64,000 nt of DNA. Source: Octopus vulgaris. Its lineage: Eukaryota. Positions 27,350-42,232 of the stretch are shown one piece after another. Position numbers and translations under genes: made by a program. The stretch lies in assembly GCA_951406725.2 (NCBI GenBank), contig OX597839.1, forward strand, positions 12,524,001-12,588,000, given 5' to 3'. A model generated the notes under the pieces. It ran no database searches. It was given only the letters and a program-made list of their open reading frames with translations, and was not told where the DNA came from. Each line of letters begins with the position of its first letter. Within the stretch, counting starts at the first letter, position 1.

Positions 27350-28050
27350 CAGTGGTTGCTGCAGAGGTGGTGGTAGTAGTTGTGATGGCGATAGTGTTGG
27401 TTGTAGAGATGGTGGTGGTAGTGATGATGATTGTGTTAGTGGAGTGGTGGTGTTGGTTGGTAGTGTTGGTGGTAATGATGGTATTGGTTTTAATGATAGT
27501 GGTGGTGGTGGTGATCATTGTGGTGATGGTTTTGTGGCAGTTGTGATGTGATATAGTGGTAGTGGTTGTGGTAGTAGTGGTAATAAAATTGACAATGGCC
27601 ATAGTCGTGGTAGTAGTAAATGTGATAGTGGTTTTAGTGGTAGTAGTGGTGATGGTGGTTGCAATGGTGATAGTGGTGATGGTAGTAGAATTGTAGTAGT
27701 TGTGGGGGGGATGTCAGCATTGGCAGTGGTGATGATATTGTTGGTGGTGTTGCAAAGAATGCTGTAAAGTAACACCAACCATGTACCACTCCTTCAATGC
27801 CTTCAACATAACCTCCACCCATACATCACAGCCACTACCACCACCACCACTGCTGCCATCTCCACCACCACCATGGCCACTACCATCACTACCCCTGCCA
27901 TACCATACAATTGATATCCGATCTTTACTGAATGGAATGGTAGCAATGATATCAAATGTTGAAATAACTGAAGATCTGGAATTATCACTGGTAGCAGCAG
28001 CAGCAGCAACAGTAACAAAAGTAACAATAATAACAACAACAACAACAGTG
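27350..28050. repeat. Degenerate (GTG/GTA)n and (CAC/CAA)n low-complexity tracts
   Basis: Read directly. Confidence 0.8.
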
Positions 28051-28609
28051 ATAACACAAAGTGAGCAATTACAATGTGAGACCAACAACAATGCTTGGTC
28101 CCTCTCAAAACCAATAGATTGGCAACATGCCCACAATGGCCCACTACCCACCTCTTCCCTCACCTCCCCACAGACACACACTCACTTCGCTACCCACCCT
28201 AACATTTAACAGTAGATACACGATCTGTGGAGTAGGGCACCACACCTAATAACTCATGCATCTTAGTTCTACACAACCTGCTCAGGTATTTCTATCAGAT
28301 ACAGCCCAACAACACCAGCAACAGCAGCAGCAGTAGCAGTAGTGGTGGTGGCGGTAGTAGTAGTAGTAGTAGTGGCAGCAGTACTAGTGGTGATGGTATT
28401 ATTATTATTCAGTTTGATTTGAAGAAACGAAACAATAGGACAACATCCTGCAATCAACAGACACGTTTGTCCAATCCCAGGCAAAATCAAAATCACCAGG
28501 GTCCCCATTGTGACTTCATAGCAAACTTCCTACCAGGATTCAAATTTCATTAACACATCCATTGCAAATAGATGCACCTTTTTTTATTTATAATAGTAAT
28601 AATAATATT

Positions 28610-28790
28610 TTGGTACAAGTCCAGCAATTTCAGAGGAGAGATTAAGTCGATTACATCAACCCCAGAGTTCAACAGGTGCTTATTTTATGAACTCCAAAAG
28701 GGTAAAAGCGAAAGTTGACTTCTGTGAAATTTGAACTCAGAAAATAAAGACAGACAAAAATGTCACTAAACATTTTGCCAGCTCACTACC

Positions 28791-28822
<32 letters not shown>

Positions 28823-29360
28823 CCTTTCTACTAAAGGTAAAAGGTATAAAATTTTGGGGGAGGGGACTAGTCGATTACGTTGACCCCAGTGTTTTGGGAT
28901 GAAGACAAAGTCGACTTTGGTGGAATTTGAACCCAGAATGTGAAGACAGATGAAATACTGCTCAGCATTTTGCCCAGTGTGCTAACAATTCTGCCAGCTC
29001 ATCCCTTAAATAATAATAATGGTTTCAAATTTTGCCTCAAGGGCAGCCATTTTGGGGGAGGATCAACCCCGAAAGTCGACTTCGGTGGAATTTGAACTTA
29101 GAACATAGCAATGGCCAAAATACTGCTAAGCATTTCACCCAGCATGCTAATGATTCTGCCAGCTCACTGCCTTAATAATAATGATGATGATGATGACGAC
29201 GACAACAATCTTTTCTACTAAAGGCACAAGGCCTGAAATTTTGGTTGACAGTGGGTAGTTGGTTCTAGTGCTCAACTGGTATTTATTTTATTGACCATGA
29301 AAGGCAGGGTTGACCTTTATTACATGTAAAGACGGAAGAAATGTCACTAAGCATTTTGTC
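28610..29360 (-). mobile_element. Cluster of about four partial family B SINEs separated by (TAA)n
   Basis: AAAGTYGACTT...GAATTTGAAC and GCCAGCTCA blocks recur in the same orientation. Confidence 0.75.
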
Positions 29361-29964
29361 CCTTATGATGAATCTAAGACTTCAAACTGATGCAAATGCT
29401 TAAGTGTTTAAAGTCATCATCATCATCATCATCATTGTAACTTCTACATTTCCATGCTTGCATGAGTCAAACAGAGGATATTTGTGGCAGGTTTTCTACA
29501 GATGGATGCCCTTCTTTTTGCCAACCCTCACCTGTTTCCAACATCATATTTTCCCATAGCCAAACATGCTCTCATTGAATATTAGAAATGAATGACAATG
29601 CTTGTATGGAAGTGCAATGTGTTTCTTTCTGCTTCTGTCTACCAAATCCACTCTCAAGGCTTTAGTAGGTCCAGGGTTATTGTAGAAGACACTTGCCCAA
29701 GATGCCATGCATATTTTTATACACAGGTATGATTAATGAAACAAAGTAAACAACAATTTTCTAATTTTGACAAAAATTTTAACTTTAAAAATCTTAATTT
29801 AAAGCATATTCTGCAAATGGCACCAGTAATTTTTTTTTCTCTAGATGGCTGAAGTGTGTTATGATGTCAAAATAATTAAGAATCAATTGTAGAAAGGTTT
29901 CTATCCCCACAACCAAACAGCTTTACCATCCCAGTTAATTTATCAATACTGATTTCTTAATGAA

Positions 29965-30184
29965 TCCTTTAGCATTCAGATTTCTTTGTCAAGTGTATTG
30001 CTCATTTATTCACATTGTTTTGAATTGATCATACATTATCTTGTAGCATCGAGATTTCCATGAGGTGATTGTTTATTTTTACAATGATATTGTAGGGTAG
30101 GTGTGAGAAGCTGGATCTGACCAGTTTAAACACAAAACAGATAAACTATTTTGGCCAGATATGACCAGTTTAAATGCCAAAGGG
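29965..30184. mobile_element. piggyBac-type MITE (~220 bp)
   Basis: Termini TCCTTTAGCATT...AATGCCAAAGGG are inverted; flanks are degenerate TTAA (TGAA/TTAC). Confidence 0.65.
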
Positions 30185-32203
30185 TTACTTTTTTTTTTTT
30201 TACTTGTTTGTCATTGTACAGCAGCAATGGTGGGATACCACCTTGAAAGGTTTAGTCAAAAAAATTGACCCCAGTACTTATTTGTAAGCCTGGTATTTAC
30301 ACTATTGTTCTCTGTTACCAAACTGCCAAATTGTGAATGTGTAAACAAACCAACACCAGTTAGCACAATTATTGATTTCTAACACTGGCACAAGACCAAA
30401 ACTTCTAGGAATAGGTAAGACAGGGGTGTGGTACACTTCAAGGGCCCAACAAACCCCTGCCTCACCTCCATGACTTCACTGGTTATTCTAGTTTGAACAA
30501 AACTTCTAGAAGCAAATGCAATGTTGCAGTGTATACTTGAATAGGCCAACAATTTCCCTCACACACATATGCACGCACATGCACACACACACACACACAC
30601 ACACACACTTCAGGACAAAACTGGCTACAGACATTTAATCTGATGCTCCAATGATTCTATCAATTGAGGGAATAGCTTAAGTGTATAAATGAACTAAACT
30701 ATGAAAAGTTAAGGAGAGTTGAAATTAATGCAAGATTTCATGGGTCTAGCATCACTCCTTCATAGTCAGCCTATGATCTTTTCAGCCTACCCTCATACAT
30801 CAATACACAAAAATATCACCCCCCAGAAAAGGTATCAAAAGTTCTTCTCAAGTCATAAGCTCTTAAGACTGGTTTCCCGGATTCTGTGGCATGCCCCAGC
30901 ATTGCTGCAGTCTAATGACTGAAACAAATAAAAGAAAAAAGAAACAAAAAAATATATATTCCTCCCTTGGACATGATACTGGTTCATCACAGGATTACTC
31001 ATTTTTGCCAGCTGAGTGGACTGGAGCAATGTGAAATTAAGTACTTGAACACAATACAACAATGAAGCAAGAACACAACATCCTGCCTTGTCCAGGAATC
31101 ATAACTACAATCTTAGGATCATAAGTGCAACACCCTAACCACTAAGTCACATGTCTTCACTCACAAGAATATACCTGGTATTTATTTTATTGCCCTTATT
31201 TATTTTGCTGCCCTTCAGTGAAATAAATTAATGAGCATTTATCCTTGGATTTTATCTCAGTGAAATGTTTTTGGTTTCTGCTGACCTCATTCTCATAGTG
31301 ACCTCAACTCAAAGATTACCAATTCTCTTTTAGAATGGAATTATCTCTAAACTGTTTATCTTTTTACTTACTTTTAATTCTTTCTTACCATTCCTTCACC
31401 TGAATCTTTTCTTCTGTCTCTTTTAAACCATTCCCTTATCAAAATTTCTTCTGCTCTTACAACTTTCTTTCTTACCTTTTCTTCACTTACCACTCTTTGC
31501 TTCTTACTTCATTACTATTCTCTCACCTAAGTTTCTTTGGTTCTTCTTTCCTTTCCAGCTCTAACACCTAAATCTCATTTTTCTCTCTCCTTTTCTCCCC
31601 CTCTCCCTCCATGTATTTCTCTCTCTCTCTTCTCACCTAATACTTAAACATACACCTTTTCCTTCTTTCCATCCTTCCTCTTCCCAAAATCAAAAATCCA
31701 GATTCAAAAATACCACCAAATTATAGCCATATCTTCTAATTTAAAGGTTATTCCTCGTTATTTTGATAGATTGCCAGGTGTTCAAACTTACAGGCTTACA
31801 CCTGTATAATCTTATAACATCACCCCACCCTACCCTCTCCTGAAATCCTCAGTGCAGATACTGCAGATTCTATACCTTATATTAAATTGTATTCTCCAAG
31901 AGTTTCAAAAAACACATTAATCACATAAGGTGGTGGTGAAGCAGAACTGGTTGAGCATCAAACAAAATACCTTGTGGTAATTGATTACATCCCCTCACAT
32001 TTTGAATTCAAATCCTGTCTAGGTTAACACTTATTTTTATCATCCTTCCAGGTTCGATAATATATATTTCATGTTAAGTACTAGGGGTGGTGCAGATTAT
32101 ACCTTTGAAGGTAGTTCTACAGCATGGTTTTTGTCCAGTATTTGGCACCAGTCAATGAATAAACAAGATTTGAATATTTTAGATAAATTTATATATCTAT
32201 TAC

Positions 32204-32229
<26 letters not shown>

Positions 32230-32234
<5 letters not shown>

Positions 32235-32395
32235 TTCAGAAAAATTTAGATTCAAATGAATATGGTACTTAAGCTAGATGCACCAGAATTTTGTATGGTG
32301 TTATCCATATAAATCCATGGGATGATTATAATCAAAATAAACAACAAGAATATCTTTGGCAATTTGGCCGAAGATATTCTTGTGGCTGATTTTGA

Positions 32396-32398
<3 letters not shown>
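32230..32398. mobile_element. Second, shorter copy of the 16.4 kb fold-back family
   Basis: Colinear with 16443-16570, then folds back (CAAGAATATCTTTGGC/GCCGAAGATATTCTTG); (TA)n on both sides. Confidence 0.7.
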
Positions 32399-32424
<26 letters not shown>

Positions 32425-32445
<21 letters not shown>

Positions 32446-32630
32446 TGTCCCCCTAGCATTGCTTGACAACCGATGCTGGTGTGTTTACGTCCCCGTCACT
32501 TAGCGGTTCGGCAAAAGAGACCGATAGAATAAGTACTGGGCTTACAAAGAATAAGTCCCGAGGTCGATTTGCTTGACTGAAGGCGGTGCTCCAGCATGGC
32601 CGCAGTCAAATGACTGAAACAAGTAAAAGA
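32425..32630 (+). mobile_element. Family A SINE 3' half, young
   Basis: Almost identical to 19775-19950. Confidence 0.85.
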
Positions 32631-32677
<47 letters not shown>

Positions 32678-32829
32678 CACATGTATATATGTGTATTTAC
32701 ACACATGCACACAATCATGTTTTGAGTTCTCTTTTCCCAGTTTGCATGAAAATATGAAAATATATTTCGTATTAGGTAGCGTCAAACAAGGCTTTAGAAT
32801 ATTATTCAGCTAACTAATATCCAACATGT

Positions 32830-32938
32830 AACAGGCTGCAGGTATGGCTGTGTAGGGGTACAGGCACGGCTGTATGGAGGCACAGGAATTGCTCTGTGGT
32901 AAGAAGCTCACTTCCTAACCATATGGCTCTGGGTATTA

Positions 32939-32977
<39 letters not shown>

Positions 32978-35140
32978 ACAGCTCTGTAACTTAGTGGTTC
33001 AGTAAAAGAGCCTGATAGAATAAATACCAGGCTTAAAAATAAATACTGAGGTCAGTTTGTTCAACTAAGCCCTTTATGATGGTGCCCCAGCATGGCCACA
33101 GTTCAATGACAGAAACAGGTAAACGATATTTTGCAGGCAAATGTGAATTAAAAATTGGTTGATGATAATATGTGCCTATAGAAACAGCTTGTGAGTGGAT
33201 TTGCTAGACAGAAACTGAACGAAGCCTGATGTGTGTGTATATATATATATGTATGTGTAACTATGTGTCTGTGTTCATCCCCTGCAACCACTTGACAACT
33301 GGTGTTTGAGTGTTTAAGTTCCTGTAACTTAGCAGTTCAGTAACAGATACCAATAGCATAAGTACCTAGCTTGAAAACAAAATTAAGTACTGAGATTGAT
33401 TTGTTTCACTAATATTCTTCAAGCTGTTTACATTCTGAGTTCAAATGCTGGTGAAGTTAACTTTGTCTTTCGTGGTACTTTTTTGTAAGCCTGGTACTCA
33501 TTTTATCAGTCACTTTTGCCAAACTGCTAAGTTACAGGAACAAAAACACACCAATAATTTTGTCAAGTGGTGGCAGAGGACAAACACACACAATGGGGCT
33601 TCTTTCAGATTCCACCTACTAAATCTACTCACTAAGCCCAAGGTGCCTTGCAGTGGGATTGAACCTGGAACCAAGTTTCTTACCACAAGCCACATCTGTA
33701 CAATAAAATAAAGTGCCAATCAGGTACAGGGGCCAATGCTATTCACTAACTTGTTCGTATTCTCTCAATTCCAGGAATGATGATCCTGCAATATGTTAGT
33801 GAATAACCTGCACAGATGAACTGCTTATAGTTATCAAATGTTTATGCTGTGCATTAGCTCACTCCCTCCATCAAATCAACATTGCCTGTACATGTGAACA
33901 TGAAATAAAGTATTTTGTTCAAGAACACAACACACTACCTTGTTCAGGAATTGAAACCCCGATTTTGTGATTGTGAGTGCAACACCCTAACCACTGGTCC
34001 ACATGCCTTCACAGTACCTAGCTACCTCTTTTCAAAACTGCTGGCTTTATGTGTCTCAATTAGAAACAATATTTTCAACTGGAATTTGTCTGTTTAAGAA
34101 CTGCTACTCTTAATTATATTTCAAATGCTATTTATTAACTAACTAAGGATTCTTAAGACATTTCAAGAATTCAATATTTTCAAATTTTTTTCTACAGAAA
34201 AGTAAAATTAATAAAACAAAAAAATATTTAATTGAGATATTTGATTAATTTAGAGTTTAGCTCCTTACACACACATGCACACACACACATACATATATAT
34301 ATCATTATTCAAATATAAATATATACATATATATTTATATATAATAAATAGTTATGAATTGATATATATAAATATATTGCTGTTAAGTGAAGAATTTTGG
34401 GTGGGTATCATTTCTTTAAACTCGGCTACTCCTTTGAAGAATTTAGAATTTTGTTTAGAAGTTCATAATCAGTCATAGACAGTTGACATCTCTTACTTGC
34501 AATAGTTCTTTTAGGCACAAGGGCAAACATGGCTACAGGGTTTGGGGTTAAGAAATCCACTTTGCAAAGTTAGGTTTTAGGGATTCAGTTTCACTGAGAC
34601 ATCTTTGGCAAGTGTCTTTTAATATAGTCTCAGGCTGACAAATGTTTTGGGTATGGAAGTGGTAAGTAGAAATTGATGGAAGCTCTGTGTGTGTGTGTGG
34701 TAAGAAGCTTGCTTCCCAACTACATGGTTTCGGGTTCAGTCCTACCGTGTGGCAACTAGGGCAAATGTTTTCTATTAAAGCCTGATGAGTGGATGTCATA
34801 GACAGAAACTGAAAGAAGCCCATCATGTGTGTATATAAATATGCATACATATACATATATATATGTGGATGGATGGATGTATACATGTTTATATGCGAGT
34901 GTGTGTATATATATATGTATATGCTTGAATATATCTGTGTGTCTTTGTGTTTGGTCCAGCATCATTGCTTGGCAAATAGTTTTGGTGCGTTTGCATTCCC
35001 TTATCTTAGCATTTCACATAAGAGACCAACAGAATAAATATCACACTTTATAAAAATAAGTACAAGAGTTGATTCGCTTGATTAAAACTCTTGAAGGCAG
35101 TGCCCCAGCCTGGCCCACAAACCAGTGACTAAAACAAGTA
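32830..35140. mobile_element. Cluster of degraded family A SINE pieces plus a family C fragment
   Basis: Family A blocks at ~32830-33125, 33185-33420, 33480-33700 (minus) and 34525-35140; family C-like piece at ~33890-34010. Confidence 0.65.
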
Positions 35141-35421
35141 AATGATTAAAGAAGGGAGACAACTTTGTCATGTTTCAGGCCTATAGTCAGCATAGCAGAA
35201 ACTCCAACATATTTGTCAAAGATGTGATGAGATAATTAACGAGTAGATATACAATATCGTATGCAAGTAGGCACAGATAATTAGCATATTTTAAAAAAAA
35301 TTATCAGTGTCATTAATTACGCATGTACGCGCGCACGCACAGAAACAGAGTGATTCAAAAGCCCCCTTTAGGATTTTAATGTATTATGTAGAGCTTTTAT
35401 TTTTATTTCATTACAATTTTG

Positions 35422-35830
<409 letters not shown>

Positions 35831-35866
35831 CAAATGGAAGATGGAATATACGAGAATTTATTATTA

Positions 35867-35972
35867 ATCACAACAATTGTTTCGACACATCTAGTATCGA
35901 TTCCTCATGGGTGGGACACTCAATGACTGGTTTAGGAGCATCCCATAGTGCAGATGTATCTCATCAAGTGAT
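35867..35972 (-). ncRNA. Type I hammerhead-ribozyme-like motif (C3U core variant) in a Penelope-like terminal fragment
   Basis: Minus strand: AUCAC-UUGAUGA-GAUACAUCU...AGAUGUGUC-GAAAC-AAUU-GUU-GUGAU; stems I (5 bp), II (9 bp) and III with a palindromic loop all pair. Confidence 0.6.
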
Positions 35973-36373
35973 AAGTAAATGCAACTTGTTAAAATGACTG
36001 TTCCGCAATGGAACTTTCCATTTTATACAAAGTAAAGCACCCAGACAGAGGAAATAGCTTCATTTATATAGAAGATTGAAAATAAAATCACTGATGGCAA
36101 AAAGAGAAATGAACACATAATCCAGCAGGAAGAGTATTAAAAATAACCGTTAACAGATATGGATGTATAAATGCCCTCGGGCAAGCTGCATGATGTGAGT
36201 ACACTCACTCATACTAGCATCCGCAAAAATGTGAGCATATGCACACATGAGGTTTGGTGCACTCATGATCACAAAGTGAGTTAGCTATTAAAAGTATACT
36301 TAAGTCATCCATACCTTTCAGTAAATTAAATTAAGTTAACAGTTGCTCAAAATTCATTCTCACTTTATTATCC

Positions 36374-36424
<51 letters not shown>

Positions 36425-36814
36425 ATATATATATAATTAGACATATATATATAAATATTTCTTTGTGTTACATTTTTCTTTTTCTCACTTGTTTTTCCTT
36501 TAAACTCCCTCTTTCAACACTCATGCAGTGAAATCAGTGAGAGTGACCATCATACATATATTTATGTTTATATCGTTTGTAGAAAACATAAATCCAGAGA
36601 AGAAGCACACTTTAAGATGTAGAGCAGTGTATATTATAATGGGGAAGACCTGTTTATGGGATTACCTTTCCTCATGCCATATTTTGAAGTGATCTTAGAC
36701 CAACAGGTTTTGGGGTCTGATGGTATGCCCTAAAGCTAAATCCTTTATGGACTGGAAACCCAGAGTAATCCCATAAACCAACCTTCCCCATTAATATTTA
36801 TATATATATATTTA

Positions 36815-36864
<50 letters not shown>

Positions 36865-37063
36865 AATATAATTAAGGTATAGTGATGCAAATAGGAAAAA
36901 TAGAACTCAAAATAAGAGTATATGTATTTGTTTATTAATATTGAGCAGAATCAACAGTCACTCAAGGGCTGAAGTGTATGTATGTATGTATGTATGTATG
37001 TGTATATATATATATATATGCATATACATGCACACATGTATATGCAAATACATACATACATGC

Positions 37064-37165
<102 letters not shown>

Positions 37166-37544
37166 ATATATGTATAATACATACACACGCAGTGAGCATC
37201 CTTTTAAAATATTCTTACATAATTATTACTATGTTGGAGGCTCTTTGTTTTATAATCCATCTGATGATTACTACAAGTAAAGCATTTGCCTAGAGCGTGA
37301 AATGTACAGTCATGCACCAATAGTTAGCAACAACCACAGTATCATAATAATTATTTCATATATTCAGTACTCTAAATTTCTTTGTGATAACATTTGCAAC
37401 CCACCACCCATTATTCACACACAAACACATATATGTAATATATATGTAATATATATATATATACAGAGAGAGAGAAAGAGAGAGAGATAAAAGGCACATC
37501 ACTAAGCAAAATAGATCGTTTAACACATTTCATTCATTGTGTGC

Positions 37545-37638
<94 letters not shown>

Positions 37639-37960
37639 TGTATGTATATATATATATATATATATATGATATATTTTGAGGCAGTGTGCAGTGATGTGTA
37701 ATATGACTACCACAGGGGATCACCAAACCCCCACCTCCATAGTTAGAAGCTATTTACCGTTGTGGAGTAGAAATGAATGACAACAACATTTCAGAACCCT
37801 GTCTGTCTATTATTGAAAGCATTCACCTCTGTTTCTCAGTACAGATGCACAGAAATATATACTTCTGCTTACACATATATGTTTACATCCATACATACTT
37901 ACTAACACACATATACACAGATAAATATAGACAATGTGTGTGTGTACGTGTACGTGCATA

Positions 37961-38008
<48 letters not shown>

Positions 38009-39000
38009 TGATGAAGTAAGGCTTGATATATATACATAGAGATATACATACACATGTATATCCATACACATCAGCTCACCTGAATTTTTCTTATAGCCAG
38101 TCTCTATCCCACAGACTATATTGAGCATCTCAAGATCTCACCTGTTGACTGTGTGTGTGTGTATGTATGTGTGTGTGTACTACAATGCATGCACATGCAC
38201 ACACACTACACACGCACACACTACATGCACACACACACCACACATGCACGCACACACACGTGATACATAGGAAATAAAGGGATCTATCACATAAGGAAGG
38301 ACTCAATACATTTTCAATGTAAAGATCAGTGGTGTGAAATGTTCCGGATTGCAAGACAGTGGGATAGAGAAAACTGGAAAGGAGAAATTTATTCAAAGTG
38401 AAGAAGGCACTCTTGCTATGGATATGGGAAACAAGTGGCATAAAAGTATTGTTTTGAGAGGTTGTTCGACATGGAGAATCACCAACAATTCAAGTTGACA
38501 GTAAAGGGATTTATATTTATCAGATCTGCTCTAACCCAGAGTAATAGCACTTGTCAATGTTCCAGCTGTGGGTTAATTAGCATCTTAGAGCTTGTGAAGA
38601 ATGGGTCCAGCAAACTCTGTGGAAGAAACCTTCATGGTTCGTAAGAAGAGAAGATGGCTGCAGCAATGGATTGTGGAGAACAAAGAGCAAGATTTAGCAA
38701 GTTAAGACATTTTGATCATCAACTGCATCTGTTACCATCACCAGTCATCTTGATCTAGTCTTGCCTCTGGATTGAAGATGGTCACAGACAAGAGAGTGAG
38801 TTGACTGTGCACAACTTTCATTGTTTTAAACAAAGATACTATGCAAGTCATCAGACATCATTAGGGATGACTAGATGATCCTCATTGCTTCAATGAACAA
38901 ACAAAAAATAAAGTGATTAAGGACATGAAGAGGGAGGAAAGCTGTCGGTCCATCAGTGACAGTTGCAAAGATGCTCAAAATACCTAGTAATGTAGGATTA

Positions 39001-39214
39001 GAGGGAGTGCTGAAAAGGTCCTGGCTTTAAGGGTATTGTGAAAAGCCTAGTTGGAGGCCCAACCTTCCAAGTTCTTTCACAGGGCTTAGAAAAACAAGGA
39101 CTGCTGCAACAAGTAAGTGAATCTAAGAGGGGAATGTGTTGAATAAAATCATAATTAACTGACCCTCCTGTATTTTCTTATACCCAAAGCCAGGTACTTT
39201 TCAGTATCCCTTCA
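39001..39214. mobile_element. Mariner-derived MITE (~215 bp)
   Basis: ~28 bp TIRs GAGGGAGTGCTGAAAAGGTCCTGGCTTT / AAAGCCAGGTACTTTTCAGTATCCCTTC, TA-flanked; interior resembles a transposase C-terminus (...GECVE*). Confidence 0.8.
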
Positions 39215-39224
39215 TACATTGTTA

Positions 39225-41230
39225 ACATCCAGATAGTCAATCAAGTTATACAAGGAATTGGCATACCCAATAGTGTAGCAATTGCATGACCCCCTTCAGT
39301 CATGAATGACCATGGGATTGCACCTAGAAAGTTACCCTCTGAGGCACAAGTCTGAGCAAGGTTGTTTATGGAAGACCAGCAGTCGCCCATGCATACCAAC
39401 TTCCCCTCTCCACATCACCGATGTTATCCAAGGGAAAGGCAAAGGCCGATACAGCTTGGCACCAGTGACGGCACAGCTCATTTATTAACGTGCAAGTGGC
39501 TTAGCATTCCACAGAGTGTGAGAAGGTTGGCTCTTTGAAATACAGATACAACAAAACAGGAAGAAAGAGTGAGAGAAAGTGGTGGTGAAAGAGTACAGCA
39601 GGGTTCATCACCACCCTTTGCCAGAGCCTCGTGGAGCTTTAGTTGTTTTTGCTCAATAAACACTTACAGTGCCTGGTCTGGGAATTGAAACCACGATCCT
39701 ACAACTATGAGTCCAATGGGCCATTGCGCCTCCACAGTGTAGCAATATCATTGTAAATTGTTATAAAAGCAAAGGAGATGCCTTTGGTTGAGGGAGTCAA
39801 ACTACTGGATCAGGTTATGAAGGTCATGAGATTCAGCACTATTAATCCATAATAGAGTCGACATAGATGAGATGAAGTTCAGCTTCATACCTGGAAGTTT
39901 AGCTTCATACACTGATGCAATCTTCCAAGTGAGACACTGCAGGAGAAATACTTGGCTGAAAGTGAACCACTGTTCTTGGCATTTGTTGACTTGGAAAGGG
40001 CATTCAACAGGTACTACTTTTAGTAATTTTGTGATCATTAAGTGAATTAGGTATAGATAAATGGTGTGTGAGGGTTTTCTGTACAAGTTATGTACAAGGA
40101 TACAGTATGCAAAGTAATAATTAACAATTTCAGTGATGAATTTAGTGTAAAAATAGGAATCAATTTAAGCTCAGTCTTCAGTCCTCCTCTATTCATCATA
40201 CTCCTACAGGCCATCACAGAGGAATTTAAAATTGGTTGTCCATGGGAACTCCTATGTGATGATGACATACTTCTCATAACTGAATCTATTGTGAAATTAG
40301 AGAGGAAATTCCAGGCATGCAGGCAAAAACCTAGATTTATGATGCCTCAGGGTAAACATAGCAAAGTCTAAAGTTCTAGTTAGAAGTAGGCAAGAAGATA
40401 AAGCCCTAGTATCTTCAGGGAAATAGTCCTGCTCTGTATGCAGAAAATAAGTCAGTATAAACTCCACATGCTGTACTTGATGTAAGTTATGGACAAGCTA
40501 GAGGTGTAGTAGAATCACAGATTGACTAACAGAGAAGTTAAACTTTGATTGTGACAGATGCACTGAAGCAATATGTACTATGAGCACACTGGAAATAGAT
40601 TCTTTTAAATCCCCAAATGGCTCATTAAAAGTAGTTGGTAGCTTCTGTTACTTCAGGGAGTAAATTAGTGAGGAAATTAGCTCTGAATGTATAGTAGTGA
40701 AGGTAAGAATAGGGTTAGAAACATTCAGGGTGATATTACTACTGCTGACAACAAAGGTCTTTCCCATAAAGAGAAGGGTAGATTATAAGATGCTTGTGTT
40801 AGCACTGTAATACTGCATGATAGTAGGATATGTGCTGTGAATCCAGAACACTTGCAAAAACTAGAAAGAAAAGAATCTAGCATTCTCCATTGGATGCATA
40901 ATGTTAGTGTGCATGGAGGCAAGAGTACAAATGAGCTAACTGGGTATAAGAGGAATCATGTGTAATATGCAAGAGAGGAGGCTACACTAATGCGGGCATA
41001 TGATACATATGGAGGATGATGTGGTGCACCTGAGCACTGTATACAATAATTTCATTATTATTTTATTATAAAAAAATGTTTTAGCATTCCAAGTTTCCGG
41101 TACCTGGAAAACTAAGGGAGACCTGGGTTAAAAACTGACTTGGAAAATGTTACATATCACAGAAGAGATGATATAGGACTATAATGAACAGTGATATGCA
41201 GTTCTGCAGAACACTCATCCACTCATGAAA
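39225..41230 (+). mobile_element. Decayed RTE-clade LINE (reverse transcriptase pseudogene)
   Basis: IVNCYKSKGDA, KLLDQVMKV, LFLAFVDL, SVFSPPLFIILLQAITEEFKIGCPWELLCDDD (YADD box), a Cys-rich insert, LHWMHNVSVH and ERRL..GH, with many stops. Possible endonuclease remnants upstream at ~38300-39000. Confidence 0.9.
39283..39735 (-). mobile_element. Family C-headed SINE inserted in the RTE ORF with an 11 bp TSD
   Basis: AGTGTAGCAAT at 39272-39282 and 39736-39746; head GGAGGCGCAATGGCCC. Confidence 0.85.
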
Positions 41231-41290
41231 AAAACCCCACCCTACAGCAGGAATAGTGATTAAGAAGCTATATTAAGAACCTATACATAC

Positions 41291-41321
<31 letters not shown>

Positions 41322-41998
41322 ATGCCCCATCACCTTACATCTCCCTTCCAGAACTCTCATCTCTTCATCACTCAAACACTAAAATCTCTCTTGAGTTACC
41401 TCTGTTGTCATCCAACACCTCCAACTACCTTTATCTCATTACCCACCCTTACATCTCTAGGATACCCTCTAATTTTTCTTTCCCTCTCTGTACCCATCCA
41501 TTGTTTCCCTAAGCCTCTTTCTCTCTCCATCCTTTCCATTGCCTCTGAATCTAGGATTCTTCCACAGCAATCATATTCCACTCTTCATCTTCCTCCCCTA
41601 GCTATATGCTACCCTCTAGTGCCATCTCCTTTTCCTCACAGCTTCTCTGCTTCCTCAACACCTCTTCTTTCTACTTCTGACCTATCTTCATGAAGTCCCG
41701 CAGGTCTCATTCCTTTGATGACTCTCAGGATCCCTCACCACCATAGGCTATTCTTCCCTTCCTGTCTCTTCTCCTCATACACTGTCCATACTTAGCCATT
41801 ATAATGTTGGATAGCTATAGACACACTTCTTACACATCTTATCACTTTCCAACTATCCTTTCCTTTTACTCAACAATCCATCATTAATCATTTCCTTTTC
41901 CCTTGTTCCCCACTATATTCCCCCATTCTCTTTTCTTACTTGCTGTCCCTCATCCCTCAACCTAGAAACATTGTCCACTCTTCTCTCCCTTAGTTATA

Positions 41999-42232
41999 TA
42001 TTTCTTTATTGCCCACAGGGGGCTAAACATAGAGGGGACAAACAAGGACAGACAAACGGATTAAGTCGATTACATCGACACCAGTGCACAACTGGTATTT
42101 AATTTATCGACCCCAAAAAGATGAAAGGCAAAGTCGACCTCGGTGGAATTTGAACTCAGAACATAACGACAGACGAAATACCGCTAAGCATTTCGCCTGG
42201 CGTGCTAACGTGTCTGCCAGCTTGCCACCTTA
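41999..42232 (-). mobile_element. Full-length family B SINE with an 18 bp TSD
   Basis: TTCTCTCCCTTAGTTATA at 41981-41998 and 42233-42250; A/B boxes on the minus strand. Confidence 0.9.

Noticed and set aside
27192-28209. Thr/Pro/Val-rich mucin-like ORFs (also 25523-25903, 48829-49763 and 59711-60115)
   Set aside because: These are degenerate trinucleotide tracts open in several frames on both strands.
38076-38145. Two consensus minus-strand donors (CAG|GTGAG)
   Set aside because: Upstream frames are short or run through microsatellite, and such matches are expected by chance.
41322-41990. Ser/Leu/Pro-rich ORF
   Set aside because: It is a pyrimidine-rich low-complexity tract downstream of the RTE, probably part of its 3' region.
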